From IMG/VR virus record IMGVR_UViG_3300028591_000172: a DNA stretch of 64,000 bases; one strand, 5' to 3'. Position 1 is the first letter of the stretch; every line of letters begins with the position of its first letter. Positions 1 to 11,023 of the stretch are shown one piece after another. Source of the stretch: an uncultured virus (IMG/VR IMGVR_UViG_3300028591_000172) (taxonomy: Duplodnaviria; Heunggongvirae; Uroviricota; Caudoviricetes). The notes under the pieces are model-generated. The model had not been told where the DNA came from. It did no database searches and was given only the letters and a program-made list of their open reading frames with translations. The translations under genes were made by a program, and so were the position numbers.

Positions 1-711
1 TCAGAAGTAACCAAAGATTACTATGCTTTATTATGGAAAGAAAAATACGCACTAGATTCAAGTGGAGATTTAATCCAAACTCATCCTGGTATGCGTGTAA
101 AAATGTATTACAAAATGTCTGTTCAATATGATGACAACACATATGGTATGCCATGGTTAAGAGATGAAGGAAAAATATTCGACACTAACTTTATTTTATA
201 CATTAAAGGCAAACCAATTTATTTATATAACAATGTGTTGTTATCACTAGATAAAAATTATTATCTAGATATTAATGATCCAATAGTTTGTAATATTCAC
301 TTCAAAGCAGTTGATTTAAATTACGAATCATTCTTAAAGCTAATTGAAAACTGTATAGTTACTTTCCATAGAAATCAATTCAATAAAATTGATATAGATG
401 TTATTATTAAAAATGAAGGCGGTCATATTTTATTAGACACAGAAAGTAAACGTTACGCAGCCAATGATTTAGGCACTCTATATGTAGGCACTAAATATAA
501 AGCTAATGGACAAAATAAAATCGGCACAACAATTCAAGATAATAAAATGTTTATTACAATAAACAAATTCCCTTGTTTAACTGCTGATACTTCTATTAAA
601 GTAATAACAGATGGTTCATTCACATTAACTGGATTGACATATAGTTACACAACAATAGATTCACCAGATTCAAATCCAAGTGAAATCTATAATAAGATAG
701 TAAGAGGTTAG
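1..711 (+). CDS. 3' part of a probable virion structural protein (5'-truncated)
   Basis: Frame is open from base 1, upstream of the ATG at 91; lies directly before the fibre genes. Confidence 0.55.
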   Translation, partial: SEVTKDYYALLWKEKYALDSSGDLIQTHPGMRVKMYYKMSVQYDDNTYGMPWLRDEGKIFDTNFILYIKGKPIYLYNNVLLSLDKNYYLDINDPIVCNIHFKAVDLNYESFLKLIENCIVTFHRNQFNKIDIDVIIKNEGGHILLDTESKRYAANDLGTLYVGTKYKANGQNKIGTTIQDNKMFITINKFPCLTADTSIKVITDGSFTLTGLTYSYTTIDSPDSNPSEIYNKIVRG

Positions 712-720
712 GAGAAAGTT

Positions 721-3294
721 ATGAACAAATTAAACAAATTAAGACAAGGACAAGAAATTGATTTAACATTCCTTAATCAATTTATTTCCACCGTAAACGA
801 AATCATTGATGAATTTGATTCAATAAAAAAAATCAACGCATCAAACGAACAAACATTAACTTCACTTGAAGAAACTCTTCATGATTTTAACGATAACTAT
901 TTAGAAAAAATAAATGCTGTTCCTAATTTAGTTGAAATACTTTCTCAATATATTGCTCTTTCAAACACTTTCACATTTGAAGATGACAAACTAGTTCAAG
1001 ATTCTCCTTTGCTTAAGCAAAAGAATCTTTCTTTTATTGTCACAGATAATATTGCTCCATATATAGCTGGAACGAAAAATGTTCAAGAAAAAACAATTAT
1101 CTTGGAGCTTAAAAATCAACAAGTTAATTATAGATATGAGCACACAGATATAGATAACGCTGAAGCTTTTGAAGAATTTGACGGAAATTTATATTATGCT
1201 GAAGATGGTTTATATGTTTTAGCAGATGAATTTGTAAGTGGCACAAGCTATTACAAAAAAGTAATTCCAGAATCTCAAGATACACCATTGACTGTTAAAG
1301 CAAACACATTATGGTTCTTCTACAATAGAGAATTTTATAACATGTCAACAGATAGTAACGGTCACACAATCATTCAAACAGTTCCTGTTATTTCTATTGA
1401 AGGCCCATTAGGACATGAAAAATGGGTTATCAACGGTGTAACAACAGAAGTTTACGCAAGAGGCCCACAAGGTGAAAAAGGCGAGACAGGTGCGACAGGT
1501 GCTACAGGTCCTAAAGGCGAAAGAGGATTCACTGGCGTTCAAGGTGCTACTGGTCCTAGAGGTAATCCTGGTAAGACACCAAAGATTTTAATTGCTTCTG
1601 CTGATAGTGATGATGGTGCTATTAATTTTACAGCTAATCAATTTGTTCCTGGCAGAAAATATATCGGATTAAAATTCGTTTATGAAGAAGATGATTCAGA
1701 TGTCATCGCAGCAACAAGATGGAACTGGATTAAAATAAAACAAGAAACATACTATCCACATGTTTCTGGTGACAAGCTTTATTTCTCTACAGAACCACCA
1801 AGTTCAAATGATCCAATTTACTCATCTGGTTATTCTATCAAAGGACCTAAAGGAGATACAGGTGCTACTGGTCCAGCTCCTACAATTAAATTTGTAGATT
1901 CTGAAGATCGAGTTGTAATAACTCCACAAGCAGTATCTGGAGACAATGGACAAATTCAATTGTTTAAATTGACAGACTTCAAAGGTCCTAAAGGTGACGA
2001 TGGAAAATCTGTTCAAATACAAGGAACAGCTGATGATATAGAAGATTTATTAACAAAATCAGCTTCAATTGGGGATGGATATATTGTCACAGAAATAGAA
2101 GAAGATGTTTCTGGATTAGAAGATCATGCTGGTGAACAAGGTGTTTTGTTTATTTACGCAAAAGAAAACAATCAAGGTCGTTGGATTTATGCTGGACAAA
2201 TTAAAGGTCCTAAAGGCGACGATGGTGAAAGAGGCCCGGCTGGAAGTATTGATTTAGTTACAGCAACAGCACATGAAGCATTATCCGTTGGCGTTACATT
2301 AACAGAAAGTGGAACCGCTTCTAATAAGAGTTTTGCTTTCGACTTTGCTATTCCTGCTGGTGCTGAAGGTGCTAGAGGTGCTGGTATTTATAGAGTTAGA
2401 CAAGCAACAAGTGTATTCAACAATCAAGAAATTTCTTCTAGTTATAAAGAAGGCGACATTATATTAACTGATGGCATGGATTTATTACGTGCCACATTAA
2501 ATGACCAAGATAATAAAATTTATTGGAGATCAGCCGGCAATATTAAAGGCGAAGCTGGTAATAAAATATTTATTTACACAGCATCTGAAGCTCCAACAAG
2601 TTATGTCTCTTCACCAAAAGAAGGTGACATAGCAATTTCAAATACATCGTTTGCTTTATATAAATATGTTTCTGGTGCTTGGCAACCATACGGAAGCTTT
2701 AAAGGAACTGCTGCCGGTTTTGGAACGCCAACTGTTACATCAACAAATATAGCTAATGTAGGCACACCAACTGTGACAGTTACAGCATCTGGTGATGATT
2801 CAGCTAAAATATTTAATTTTGACTTTGCCAACCTTAAAGGTGAAACCGGAGCTCAAGGTCCTAAAGGTGACACTGGCTCACAAGGTCCAAAAGGCGACAA
2901 AGGCGACAAAGGTGACAAAGGCGACACTGGAGCTGCTGGACATTATTACTTACACACATTAAATATTACAAATAAATATATTGTTGGAGCCGGTGGTCAA
3001 GGTCCTACATATGCAGAAAACAATTTTGTTTTCTCATTTATAAGCAGTCAATCTGCTAAATATGATGATGCAGGTATTAAACAAAACGCAGCTTATGTTT
3101 TAAAAAGAATTACTAACGCATATAAGACTGATGGTACACCAATAATAATAACGAATATAACTAGTTCAGGAATAACTGCTTTCGAAAAAAATAGCAGCGG
3201 AAATTTAGTTTCTTTAGTAGGAAAATCTACATGGTCAACAGATTATTACGTTACAGGATTGTGGGTTCATTCAGAAACAGTTGAAGAACTATAA
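721..3294 (+). CDS. Collagen-repeat tail fibre-like protein
   Basis: Several Gly-X-Y tracts (GPQGEKGETGATGATGPKGE, GPKGDKGDKGDKGDTG); N-terminal coiled coil; AGGAG RBS. Confidence 0.8.
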   Translation: MNKLNKLRQGQEIDLTFLNQFISTVNEIIDEFDSIKKINASNEQTLTSLEETLHDFNDNYLEKINAVPNLVEILSQYIALSNTFTFEDDKLVQDSPLLKQKNLSFIVTDNIAPYIAGTKNVQEKTIILELKNQQVNYRYEHTDIDNAEAFEEFDGNLYYAEDGLYVLADEFVSGTSYYKKVIPESQDTPLTVKANTLWFFYNREFYNMSTDSNGHTIIQTVPVISIEGPLGHEKWVINGVTTEVYARGPQGEKGETGATGATGPKGERGFTGVQGATGPRGNPGKTPKILIASADSDDGAINFTANQFVPGRKYIGLKFVYEEDDSDVIAATRWNWIKIKQETYYPHVSGDKLYFSTEPPSSNDPIYSSGYSIKGPKGDTGATGPAPTIKFVDSEDRVVITPQAVSGDNGQIQLFKLTDFKGPKGDDGKSVQIQGTADDIEDLLTKSASIGDGYIVTEIEEDVSGLEDHAGEQGVLFIYAKENNQGRWIYAGQIKGPKGDDGERGPAGSIDLVTATAHEALSVGVTLTESGTASNKSFAFDFAIPAGAEGARGAGIYRVRQATSVFNNQEISSSYKEGDIILTDGMDLLRATLNDQDNKIYWRSAGNIKGEAGNKIFIYTASEAPTSYVSSPKEGDIAISNTSFALYKYVSGAWQPYGSFKGTAAGFGTPTVTSTNIANVGTPTVTVTASGDDSAKIFNFDFANLKGETGAQGPKGDTGSQGPKGDKGDKGDKGDTGAAGHYYLHTLNITNKYIVGAGGQGPTYAENNFVFSFISSQSAKYDDAGIKQNAAYVLKRITNAYKTDGTPIIITNITSSGITAFEKNSSGNLVSLVGKSTWSTDYYVTGLWVHSETVEEL

Positions 3295-3306
3295 GGAGGA
3301 ATCATT

Positions 3307-4056
3307 ATGTTAATACTTAAATACGAAAACGAAACGTTATCATTCGTTGAAAACAATATTGATTCATCTGACTCAATCGTTAAATTATTAACTGATGTCG
3401 ATTGTAATATTTTCGGTATCATTACGTTATACAATGGTGCCAAAAGAATATTACAATTCATAAAATCTAATGACCATTATGAATCAAAATTTTCTATCGA
3501 TGAATCAACATTTAATAAATTAGGTAACTCATATATCCATATAGAATTATTCAATGGTGAGTTATCACAAAAATCAAATCAATTAAAGTTATCATTCGAT
3601 CTCGAAAAAATTAAGAATAGATTAGCTGCTCATTTATCTGATGAAGTATATGAACTAACTAAAAAAATTGCTAAGCTTGATGAAAAACTTAGTGCCGCAT
3701 TATCTTCTAGAATTCTAGAAAATATTAGAATAACTAATAAAGAATTAATTCAACCAGGAATGATTCCTGTTGCTATTAATGGAGATAGCTTTGTTGCTAT
3801 GTATCCATTTAACAACCACGTTGTTTCAGTCAATGGGCAGACTGCTGCCGATGGTGCTGTAATAATAGATTCATCTATGATAGAGTATAAAGAGGAAGGC
3901 AGAACTGTTGAACAAACATTCGAAGATCATACCTCTGCCATTACTGCTATTCACAATTTATTAAACGAGGTAATTGCTAATCAAAGACAGATTAGACAAA
4001 AACTTGATGAGTTAGAAATAAGACTAGACTCACATATCAACAATGGAATCGTATAG
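3307..4056 (+). CDS. Hypothetical structural protein with coiled coils
   Basis: 249 aa ORF, AAGGAGG RBS, VVSVNGQT fibre-type motif. Confidence 0.65.
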   Translation: MLILKYENETLSFVENNIDSSDSIVKLLTDVDCNIFGIITLYNGAKRILQFIKSNDHYESKFSIDESTFNKLGNSYIHIELFNGELSQKSNQLKLSFDLEKIKNRLAAHLSDEVYELTKKIAKLDEKLSAALSSRILENIRITNKELIQPGMIPVAINGDSFVAMYPFNNHVVSVNGQTAADGAVIIDSSMIEYKEEGRTVEQTFEDHTSAITAIHNLLNEVIANQRQIRQKLDELEIRLDSHINNGIV

Positions 4057-4068
4057 GAGGAATTCAAT

Positions 4069-4569
4069 ATGGCCAGTGTAGAAGAAATTATCAACTTTAT
4101 ATTCGGTGGACAAGTTGATGCGTCAAAGATAGTTACAATCTTAGTCGGTATCTACGCAGTAGTTAAATCAATTACTGAATGGATTGCTAAGAAAAAACTT
4201 ATCAAAACAGAAACCGGACAAACAAAACTCTTGGAAGAGTTAAAGAAAGAGCGTGAAGAAAATCAAGAACTCAAAAAAGCAATTGGTAAATTTGGTGATA
4301 TTATTATCACATCATATCTTTCAAGCAATACAATTCCTGTTGAAGTTAAACGTAGTATCAGCACGTTCGGTAGCGAACTTAACAAAATTGCTCAAGTTCC
4401 ACTTGCTGATACAACAACAAAACTAATTGATGTCGTTGCTAACATCGCTCCTGATTCTGATATTGTTCAACATAAAGAAGAATTAACAGAAGCAACTCAA
4501 GTCATCGAAGATGTTATCGATGAAGCAAATGATTTAGCTCAAGCAGCAATTGATAAAATTACAGTGTAG
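4069..4569 (+). CDS. Membrane-anchored coiled-coil protein (holin-like possible)
   Basis: One N-terminal hydrophobic helix followed by a coiled coil; AGGAGG RBS. Confidence 0.55.
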   Translation: MASVEEIINFIFGGQVDASKIVTILVGIYAVVKSITEWIAKKKLIKTETGQTKLLEELKKEREENQELKKAIGKFGDIIITSYLSSNTIPVEVKRSISTFGSELNKIAQVPLADTTTKLIDVVANIAPDSDIVQHKEELTEATQVIEDVIDEANDLAQAAIDKITV

Positions 4570-4577
4570 GTATAACA

Positions 4578-5099
4578 ATGTCTGATACAAAAGAAATTAC
4601 ATTAGAGAAAGCTACAACGTTGAGAATGATCGCTCGCGTGGCTTTCTTTTTAATTGCTTTCTTGGCTCCTACATTGATTATTGGAATTAAATTTCATTTG
4701 TTCACAGCCAGTACTGGAACAAAGTGGTCAATATTTGGAATCGCTTTGTTATTAATAGTTGGTTGGAGATTCAAAAAGAAATTGGTCGAATGGATTAATT
4801 CCTGGGAGAATAGCAACATACTTAAACACATACTTATAGGTATTGGTAGAGTATGGCCGTTCTTCTTAGTTGTCTCAATGATAGCTGTCATTCATTGGTC
4901 AGCACAAAAAATAATCGGTGATGCGTTATTCTGTTTAGAATGGACATGCGTATGCGAATTAGTAGCATACTTATTAATATATCCATATGAAATGAAAATG
5001 GATTATCTTGTTAAACGAATGATCCGTAAGAATGAGCGCAAAGAAGATTACAAAGAAGCAGTTAGAGAATTAAAAGAGGAAGAGGCTAACGGAGCATAA
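4578..5099 (+). CDS. Multi-pass membrane protein
   Basis: About 4 hydrophobic segments and a charged C-terminus. Confidence 0.7.
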   Translation: MSDTKEITLEKATTLRMIARVAFFLIAFLAPTLIIGIKFHLFTASTGTKWSIFGIALLLIVGWRFKKKLVEWINSWENSNILKHILIGIGRVWPFFLVVSMIAVIHWSAQKIIGDALFCLEWTCVCELVAYLLIYPYEMKMDYLVKRMIRKNERKEDYKEAVRELKEEEANGA

Positions 5100-6118
5100 T
5101 GGAAAACGAAACAAAAGATAGAGCTATTAAGAAGGGCTTAAAGGTAGCTGAGAAGTTACAATTCATAGCGTTAATCCTATTATCCCTTGTATTAATAACA
5201 GGCGTGGATTTAATTTCTGGTAACATTGGTTGGGAATCAATCAAAGATCCATACTTTTTTATCAGTAATACAATTACTGACATAGCATTACTATTAATTA
5301 CATTTGGCACAGTTTATCTAGTGCTCGATGTATTAAAAGAAAAAGATGCAACATATAAGTCTGCTAAAAAAGATGTTGATGAATTCGCAGTTAGCGGTAA
5401 AAATGTTCCATCAATCTTATCTAAATTCTTAGAGAAGATAAATAGACAAAGAAAGATTAACCAATATGAATACAATATCTTGGTTAAACTTTACAAACTT
5501 GAGAACCAAAAGAAATGGTATGCTTATCTTCCAATCATAGGATGGTTTATTAGAAATCCAAACTATTACACAGAGGAAGAAATGCACATCTGGAACTTCG
5601 GAACTGAAGAAGAAAAAAAGAAATCTAAATATTGCCGCAAGCGTAAGATGTATGAAGAACAACTGGACAAAGATTTAATCGAAAAGATTATCGATGTCAA
5701 GTATGTCAAATACGATAAGATTACATCAAACACATTGCTTAATGATTACTACAGTAAAGGTTCTGATATTCAAGTTAATGATTACATTACTAAAAATGAA
5801 TCTGGACAAATCGCTAGATTCAGAATCCCAACATTATTATTGTCATTCGGATTTACTTTTTTACTAACTAGCTTAGTAATGGATAGTATAAAATTAAACT
5901 GGATGGCATTGATTACAATTTCTGCGAAGTTATTATCTATCGTATGGAATGTTTTCACATCATATAGATATGCAAAGAAACACTTCAAAGGAATTACATT
6001 ACACGATATGTTATTCAGACGCTCAATCATCGTGGAGTATTATAAATGGTTAGTCCAAACAGCTAACGAAAAGCAACCTGAAACACAAGAAACACCTGTT
6101 CTAGTAGAACAACAATAG
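5099..6118 (+). CDS. Membrane protein (2+2 TM segments)
   Basis: Hydrophobic pairs near both ends; TAATG stop/start overlap. Confidence 0.7.
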   Translation: MENETKDRAIKKGLKVAEKLQFIALILLSLVLITGVDLISGNIGWESIKDPYFFISNTITDIALLLITFGTVYLVLDVLKEKDATYKSAKKDVDEFAVSGKNVPSILSKFLEKINRQRKINQYEYNILVKLYKLENQKKWYAYLPIIGWFIRNPNYYTEEEMHIWNFGTEEEKKKSKYCRKRKMYEEQLDKDLIEKIIDVKYVKYDKITSNTLLNDYYSKGSDIQVNDYITKNESGQIARFRIPTLLLSFGFTFLLTSLVMDSIKLNWMALITISAKLLSIVWNVFTSYRYAKKHFKGITLHDMLFRRSIIVEYYKWLVQTANEKQPETQETPVLVEQQ

Positions 6119-6129
6119 GAGGAAACATT

Positions 6130-6765
6130 ATGGATGAAACAAGATTGTTTAATTTATTAGAAAAGAGTTTACACTATACACCAATTGTTTATAAGCAAAC
6201 TCTTTATTCAACAAATCAAGCACAGTTTGACAATAAGTTTGTTTTAGAATTCAAACACACTGATTTGCCTGATGATTCTATTTTGTTCTTTGTTCCTTCT
6301 ATTAGTTCTAACGATAGTGCTGATTGTAAATTAATCGTAAGAATTCCATACGTTGAAGGAACTACTGGTAAATATAAATATTCAGATACTGAATACGATA
6401 TCGTTGTTGAAGAAAACGATTTAACAATGAGAAAAGCAAAGAAAGGTGACTTACTCGCTTTTAGAATGTGTATGTTCAGATTCCAAAAATCTTCAAAGAG
6501 AGCAATTCTTTGTAACTCACCTTTATATGACGATGCTATATTTAACACATTAAAAGTCACAGACTGTCAGTTCATCAATAGACCAACGTTTGTTGATCCA
6601 GGAACAGGAGTCACTTATACATTAGTCACAACAAAAGAATTTAATGAACTAATTGATAGAGTTGAAAAACTCGAAAGCAGAATTATATATGGAACAGAAG
6701 ATGCTGAAGAAGCATTAAAAGATAGACCATCTGGAACTATATATATTAAAGTTGAGGAAGATTAA
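6130..6765 (+). CDS. Hypothetical tail-region protein
   Basis: ORF with AGGAGG RBS; ends in PSGTIYIK-type motif. Confidence 0.65.
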   Translation: MDETRLFNLLEKSLHYTPIVYKQTLYSTNQAQFDNKFVLEFKHTDLPDDSILFFVPSISSNDSADCKLIVRIPYVEGTTGKYKYSDTEYDIVVEENDLTMRKAKKGDLLAFRMCMFRFQKSSKRAILCNSPLYDDAIFNTLKVTDCQFINRPTFVDPGTGVTYTLVTTKEFNELIDRVEKLESRIIYGTEDAEEALKDRPSGTIYIKVEED

Positions 6766-6768
6766 TAT

Positions 6769-7596
6769 ATGATTAAAGGAACAAATGCCGATTGTAAAGT
6801 TTTAAGCATAGATATAAATCAAACAGTTGCTACAGTTAAACTGCTTATTTTTGCTACACAATCGACAGTTCCTGCCAAATCATTTAGAATAGCCTTAAAA
6901 GATTTAGATAACGAAACCATCTATTACGTAGATAACAATACATACTGGATTGACTATATCAACGTATATAATAATGAGACTACAAATATAGATACAAAAA
7001 AATATAAAGAAATTTTATTTAATATCGACATAACAAATCAAAACAATGGTAAATTACAAGGCACAAGGTGGATAAGAAATTGTTACATTATGCTTTTAGA
7101 CCAATCAAAAATAAGTTCTGAACAATTGGCCTGGAGAAGTGAAGACATAAATTTAATATCTGATTCTTTCGTTGTTCCTGAAATTAAAAATTTCGTAGTC
7201 GATACTATGAAAACAAAGGAATTAAAAATTTCTTTTACTCTTAAATATGAATCTGAGAAAGATTTCGATTTAAACAACAAAAACCTAAGCGTTCAAATAA
7301 ATATTAGATCTATATCTTCTGATAAGATAATTGAATCGTTACAGATAGAAAATTATATTGCTAAAGAATATAATTATTTTATCACAAGAGATAGATACGA
7401 TGTCGGATTCCCTGTAGCTGTCCAGCTTTTAATAACAAATAAAATAGGTGAAGTTCTTTTAGAATATAGAAAAGCATATTGTCCTCTAGAAAAATATTCA
7501 AATGCTTTTGTTAAAACAGAAAAAGGTGTTAAAAGAGTTATAGCCTATTATGTTAACTTAGAAGCAGAAGGAGAACATGAAGGAGATTGGTTATGA
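6769..7596 (+). CDS. Hypothetical tail-region protein
   Basis: 275 aa beta-rich ORF in the operon. Confidence 0.65.
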   Translation: MIKGTNADCKVLSIDINQTVATVKLLIFATQSTVPAKSFRIALKDLDNETIYYVDNNTYWIDYINVYNNETTNIDTKKYKEILFNIDITNQNNGKLQGTRWIRNCYIMLLDQSKISSEQLAWRSEDINLISDSFVVPEIKNFVVDTMKTKELKISFTLKYESEKDFDLNNKNLSVQINIRSISSDKIIESLQIENYIAKEYNYFITRDRYDVGFPVAVQLLITNKIGEVLLEYRKAYCPLEKYSNAFVKTEKGVKRVIAYYVNLEAEGEHEGDWL

Positions 7597-8015
7597 ATAT
7601 TATTAAGATAAATTATAATAACGCTGCTATAAAACTCCCTACTAAAGTTTCTCCTACAGCTATTTCATATCACGGAGACGGTGGAATAATTGTCATCAGA
7701 ATAAATGATGGATTAAATTATGAAGGTTTTTATACTGATTATGTATTACACGTTTACGCAAATGAAAAATGGATTGGCGAATTACATAGAGAAAACGCTG
7801 AAATAATTGAAGGAAATGGAATCCATGAAATCGGACTAGAAGATATTGAAATATATTCTATGGAAACATTCCAAATAAAAATAGAAGGATATTACTATAA
7901 TACTGCTAATCAAAGACAAAACGTATCAGTAACATACACAATGCGAAACGCTTATAGGTGTAGTGAATCAACCATAACAAGTGAGTATATAAGATGTAAT
8001 GAAGCAGAAGATTAA
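7593..8015 (+). CDS. Hypothetical protein
   Basis: ATG 7593 after AAGGAG; ATGA overlap with the previous stop. Confidence 0.6.
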   Translation: MNIIKINYNNAAIKLPTKVSPTAISYHGDGGIIVIRINDGLNYEGFYTDYVLHVYANEKWIGELHRENAEIIEGNGIHEIGLEDIEIYSMETFQIKIEGYYYNTANQRQNVSVTYTMRNAYRCSESTITSEYIRCNEAED

Positions 8016-8073
8016 ATGTTGTGCTATGGTTGGCAACAAACTTATAATATAATTATAATAAGGAGACTCGGAT

Positions 8074-8709
8074 ATGTCGGATATAGAAGAACACAATCAA
8101 CATAAAATAGTTCCAACAGCTACGAGAGTTGAATATACTCCGACTCAATGGGTGAATGATGTTACTAAACTGAATGAATCCAATATGAATAATCTAGAGT
8201 CTGGAATAACGTTATCAAATAACTTGTCATTAGAAAACGCATCGTTCCTTGATGAGTTACAAACAGCTATTAACGAAAACACAAGCATATCGTTCAACAG
8301 TTCAACTAATCAATTAACGATAACTATCGGAAGAAAAGCTACAGAACAAAATCCAACACGATACTTTGTTCAAAGAGTAATAACAATAACACCTAATATG
8401 ACTGGCATATATGAAGGTGTCGCTGCTGCTGAAGCTAAACTTCAAGAAAGTAAAGAATATACAGATAACGCAGTAGCTAATGTAATGCGTATAAGTGGAA
8501 ACTTATCGCCAGAAGATTTCCCAGAAAATCCATCAATAGGTGATACTTACAACGATCCAGTATCAGGAAGTAACTTTACATGGAATGGAAATAACTGGGA
8601 CAAATTATCAGAAACAATTGGCACAGGAAGTGGATTATCCAAAAGTGGCAATACAATTAGTTCGCTAACGACAGCGACTGATGTAATCATAAATATCAAA
8701 GACGATTAG
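8074..8709 (+). CDS. Tail fibre-associated protein
   Basis: YTPTQWVND..LNESNMNNLESGI and NPSIGDTY..FTWNGNNWDKL fibre-type motifs. Confidence 0.65.
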   Translation: MSDIEEHNQHKIVPTATRVEYTPTQWVNDVTKLNESNMNNLESGITLSNNLSLENASFLDELQTAINENTSISFNSSTNQLTITIGRKATEQNPTRYFVQRVITITPNMTGIYEGVAAAEAKLQESKEYTDNAVANVMRISGNLSPEDFPENPSIGDTYNDPVSGSNFTWNGNNWDKLSETIGTGSGLSKSGNTISSLTTATDVIINIKDD

Positions 8710-8724
8710 GAAAGGAGAATATTT

Positions 8725-10119
8725 ATGTCACAAAGAACTCTAAAAAAACTTCAATACGATGGTAGTGATGTCGTAGTTGAAGTAGCAAATCGTGATGGCA
8801 ATGGTAATGTGATTACATCTACCTATGCCACAAAAAGCGAAGTAACCACTGGTTTGAGTGGAAAACAGCCAAATCTCACAGCAGGAACAGGCATTGATAT
8901 TACAAACAATGTTATTAGTGTTGTAAAAGCGACTGCCTCAATTTTAGGTGGTATGAAAATTGGCAACGGTTTAGAAGCCTCAGGAACTGATGGAACAGTT
9001 AAATTATCTACCGCTTCTGCTGAACAATTAGGCGGTGTCAAAATTGGTAGCGGCATTTCAATTAACAATGGAGTTATTTCTGTCACTTCACTAACTTGGG
9101 ATAACGTTTCAAGCAAGCCATTTAACACAGTTGACAGTGGTTCTGGAAAACACTTTACAATTACAAGCAATAAATTATATGTAAACACCGATGTTTTCCC
9201 AACAAAAACATTTGTTGGCGACAATTATGTTACTTTAACCGCATACAACACTTTGGTTAATACAACTTTACCAGCAACATATCAAGGAAAAAACAACACC
9301 TTGACATCACTCAGTGGTTTAGCAACAAACAAAACTGGTCTTATCAAATTAACAAATGGGACGGCTAGCATTGACACAAATACATATTTAACATCTCACC
9401 AATCTTTAGCAAATTATTACACAAAATCCGAGATTACAGGTTTGTTTAATGGTGTTAAACAATTCTCTTATGAAGTTGTTTCTTCATTGCCAACAGCAAG
9501 TGCTGATACAATGTATAAAATTTATTTTGTTCCTGCTAGCAATACAGCAACAAACAATGTTAAAAACGAATATATTACAATTCGCAGTGGGTCAGAAGGT
9601 TCATATACATATTCTTGGGAACAAATCGGTTCTACAGTAATGGATTTAAGCAGTTATTTAACAACTTCAACAGGCTTACGAATAGTTGAATACGCACACA
9701 CCGCAAAAATATCTGACGTTGTCAAATATCCTCATATCGCTAAGTTCGCTGGAACAAGTGGCTCACTAATTTATAGATATTATTTGGCTTCTTGTGCTGC
9801 CGCTGATAGTTCTAATTGCGATTTTGAATTCGAACAAATTGGTTTTTGGGGTAGCACTTATGGACACGATAATAACGATGGGGAACAAGACGCAAAAAGA
9901 AGATTTGTTGGTTATGAGGTAGCAAACAGCACATCATTATCCACTATTCTTGGCGACAATAGTTCGTATTTACAAGAATATGCGACGACAGCAGCGGTTG
10001 CGAATACATATCAAACTAAATTAACAAGTTCGAATGCGGGAACTGGCATTTCAATATCAAATCAAGTGATTTCTTGGGATAGCCCTTTCACAGTAACAGA
10101 TGTAACTTTAGATTATTAA
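8725..10119 (+). CDS. Tail fibre / receptor-binding protein
   Basis: Repeated LGGxKIGxG and AGTGIxIxN motifs; Ser/Thr-rich. Confidence 0.75.
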   Translation: MSQRTLKKLQYDGSDVVVEVANRDGNGNVITSTYATKSEVTTGLSGKQPNLTAGTGIDITNNVISVVKATASILGGMKIGNGLEASGTDGTVKLSTASAEQLGGVKIGSGISINNGVISVTSLTWDNVSSKPFNTVDSGSGKHFTITSNKLYVNTDVFPTKTFVGDNYVTLTAYNTLVNTTLPATYQGKNNTLTSLSGLATNKTGLIKLTNGTASIDTNTYLTSHQSLANYYTKSEITGLFNGVKQFSYEVVSSLPTASADTMYKIYFVPASNTATNNVKNEYITIRSGSEGSYTYSWEQIGSTVMDLSSYLTTSTGLRIVEYAHTAKISDVVKYPHIAKFAGTSGSLIYRYYLASCAAADSSNCDFEFEQIGFWGSTYGHDNNDGEQDAKRRFVGYEVANSTSLSTILGDNSSYLQEYATTAAVANTYQTKLTSSNAGTGISISNQVISWDSPFTVTDVTLDY

Positions 10120-10131
10120 GGAGTTTTTACA

Positions 10132-11022
10132 ATGGTGACAACTCTTAAAAAAATAAAATATAACAATAAAGACGTTCAGGTTGAAAGTGCTGTTCGTGAT
10201 GGTAATGGCAACATCATAACCAGCACCTACGTCACCTCCGTTAATAACGTTTCCCCTACAAACGGCAACGTAACTTTAACCATTCCGTCAGCCGTTACAG
10301 AAAGCACAGTCAGCGGCTGGGGTTTCACAAAAAATAGTGGAACCGTTGTCGGAAGCGGTTTAACTGCTAACTATTTCGTTGTAGGCAACGGAACAACAAA
10401 TGTGAAGATTTCTTCATTAAAGCCAACTACCTCTTCAACATCTTGGTCAACAACTTCAGATGTTAATGTGCCAACAATGAAAGCAATTTCTGCTTACGTT
10501 ACAGGATTAGGTTATACAAGTAACACTGGGACAATTACAAAAGTTCAATTAAATGGAGTTGATGTTGCTACTAGTGGAACAGCCAATATTACAGCACTAC
10601 CACTTTCAGGTGGAACAATGACTGGCGATATTAACTGGTCTAGTTCTGCGGCTTGGTTAAAACCTTATTTGCTTGCTTTTAAAAACGCAGACACTTCCTC
10701 TTCACCAACGCACCCTTATACTGGATTTTATCAATGGGGAACTCAGTGGCAAGTAAACGCAAGAGACGTAAATAACAATTGGTCTTATAATTTGCTAACA
10801 ATTGACCTAGAAACAAAGGTTGCTAATTTTGCCGCAAGACCTACAGTTGGCAGTGAAAGTTTAGCATATGCTAGCGATGTTCCTTCTTCAACAAAAGGAA
10901 TTACATATTTAACAACTGCTCCAACGGCAGCAAACACAGACGGTGGTTTAATTATTGTTGTTCTTTCTTCAGAACCAGCAACAAAATATTCAGGATATAT
11001 TTATCTAATCACGGAGGCTTAG
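10132..11022 (+). CDS. Tail fibre protein
   Basis: LPLSGGTMTGDI motif; N-terminus similar to the preceding gene. Confidence 0.75.
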   Translation: MVTTLKKIKYNNKDVQVESAVRDGNGNIITSTYVTSVNNVSPTNGNVTLTIPSAVTESTVSGWGFTKNSGTVVGSGLTANYFVVGNGTTNVKISSLKPTTSSTSWSTTSDVNVPTMKAISAYVTGLGYTSNTGTITKVQLNGVDVATSGTANITALPLSGGTMTGDINWSSSAAWLKPYLLAFKNADTSSSPTHPYTGFYQWGTQWQVNARDVNNNWSYNLLTIDLETKVANFAARPTVGSESLAYASDVPSSTKGITYLTTAPTAANTDGGLIIVVLSSEPATKYSGYIYLITEA

Positions 11023-11023
11023 T

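Noticed and set aside
2840..2940. Tandem AAAGGCGAC repeats
   Set aside because: Explained by collagen GDK codons
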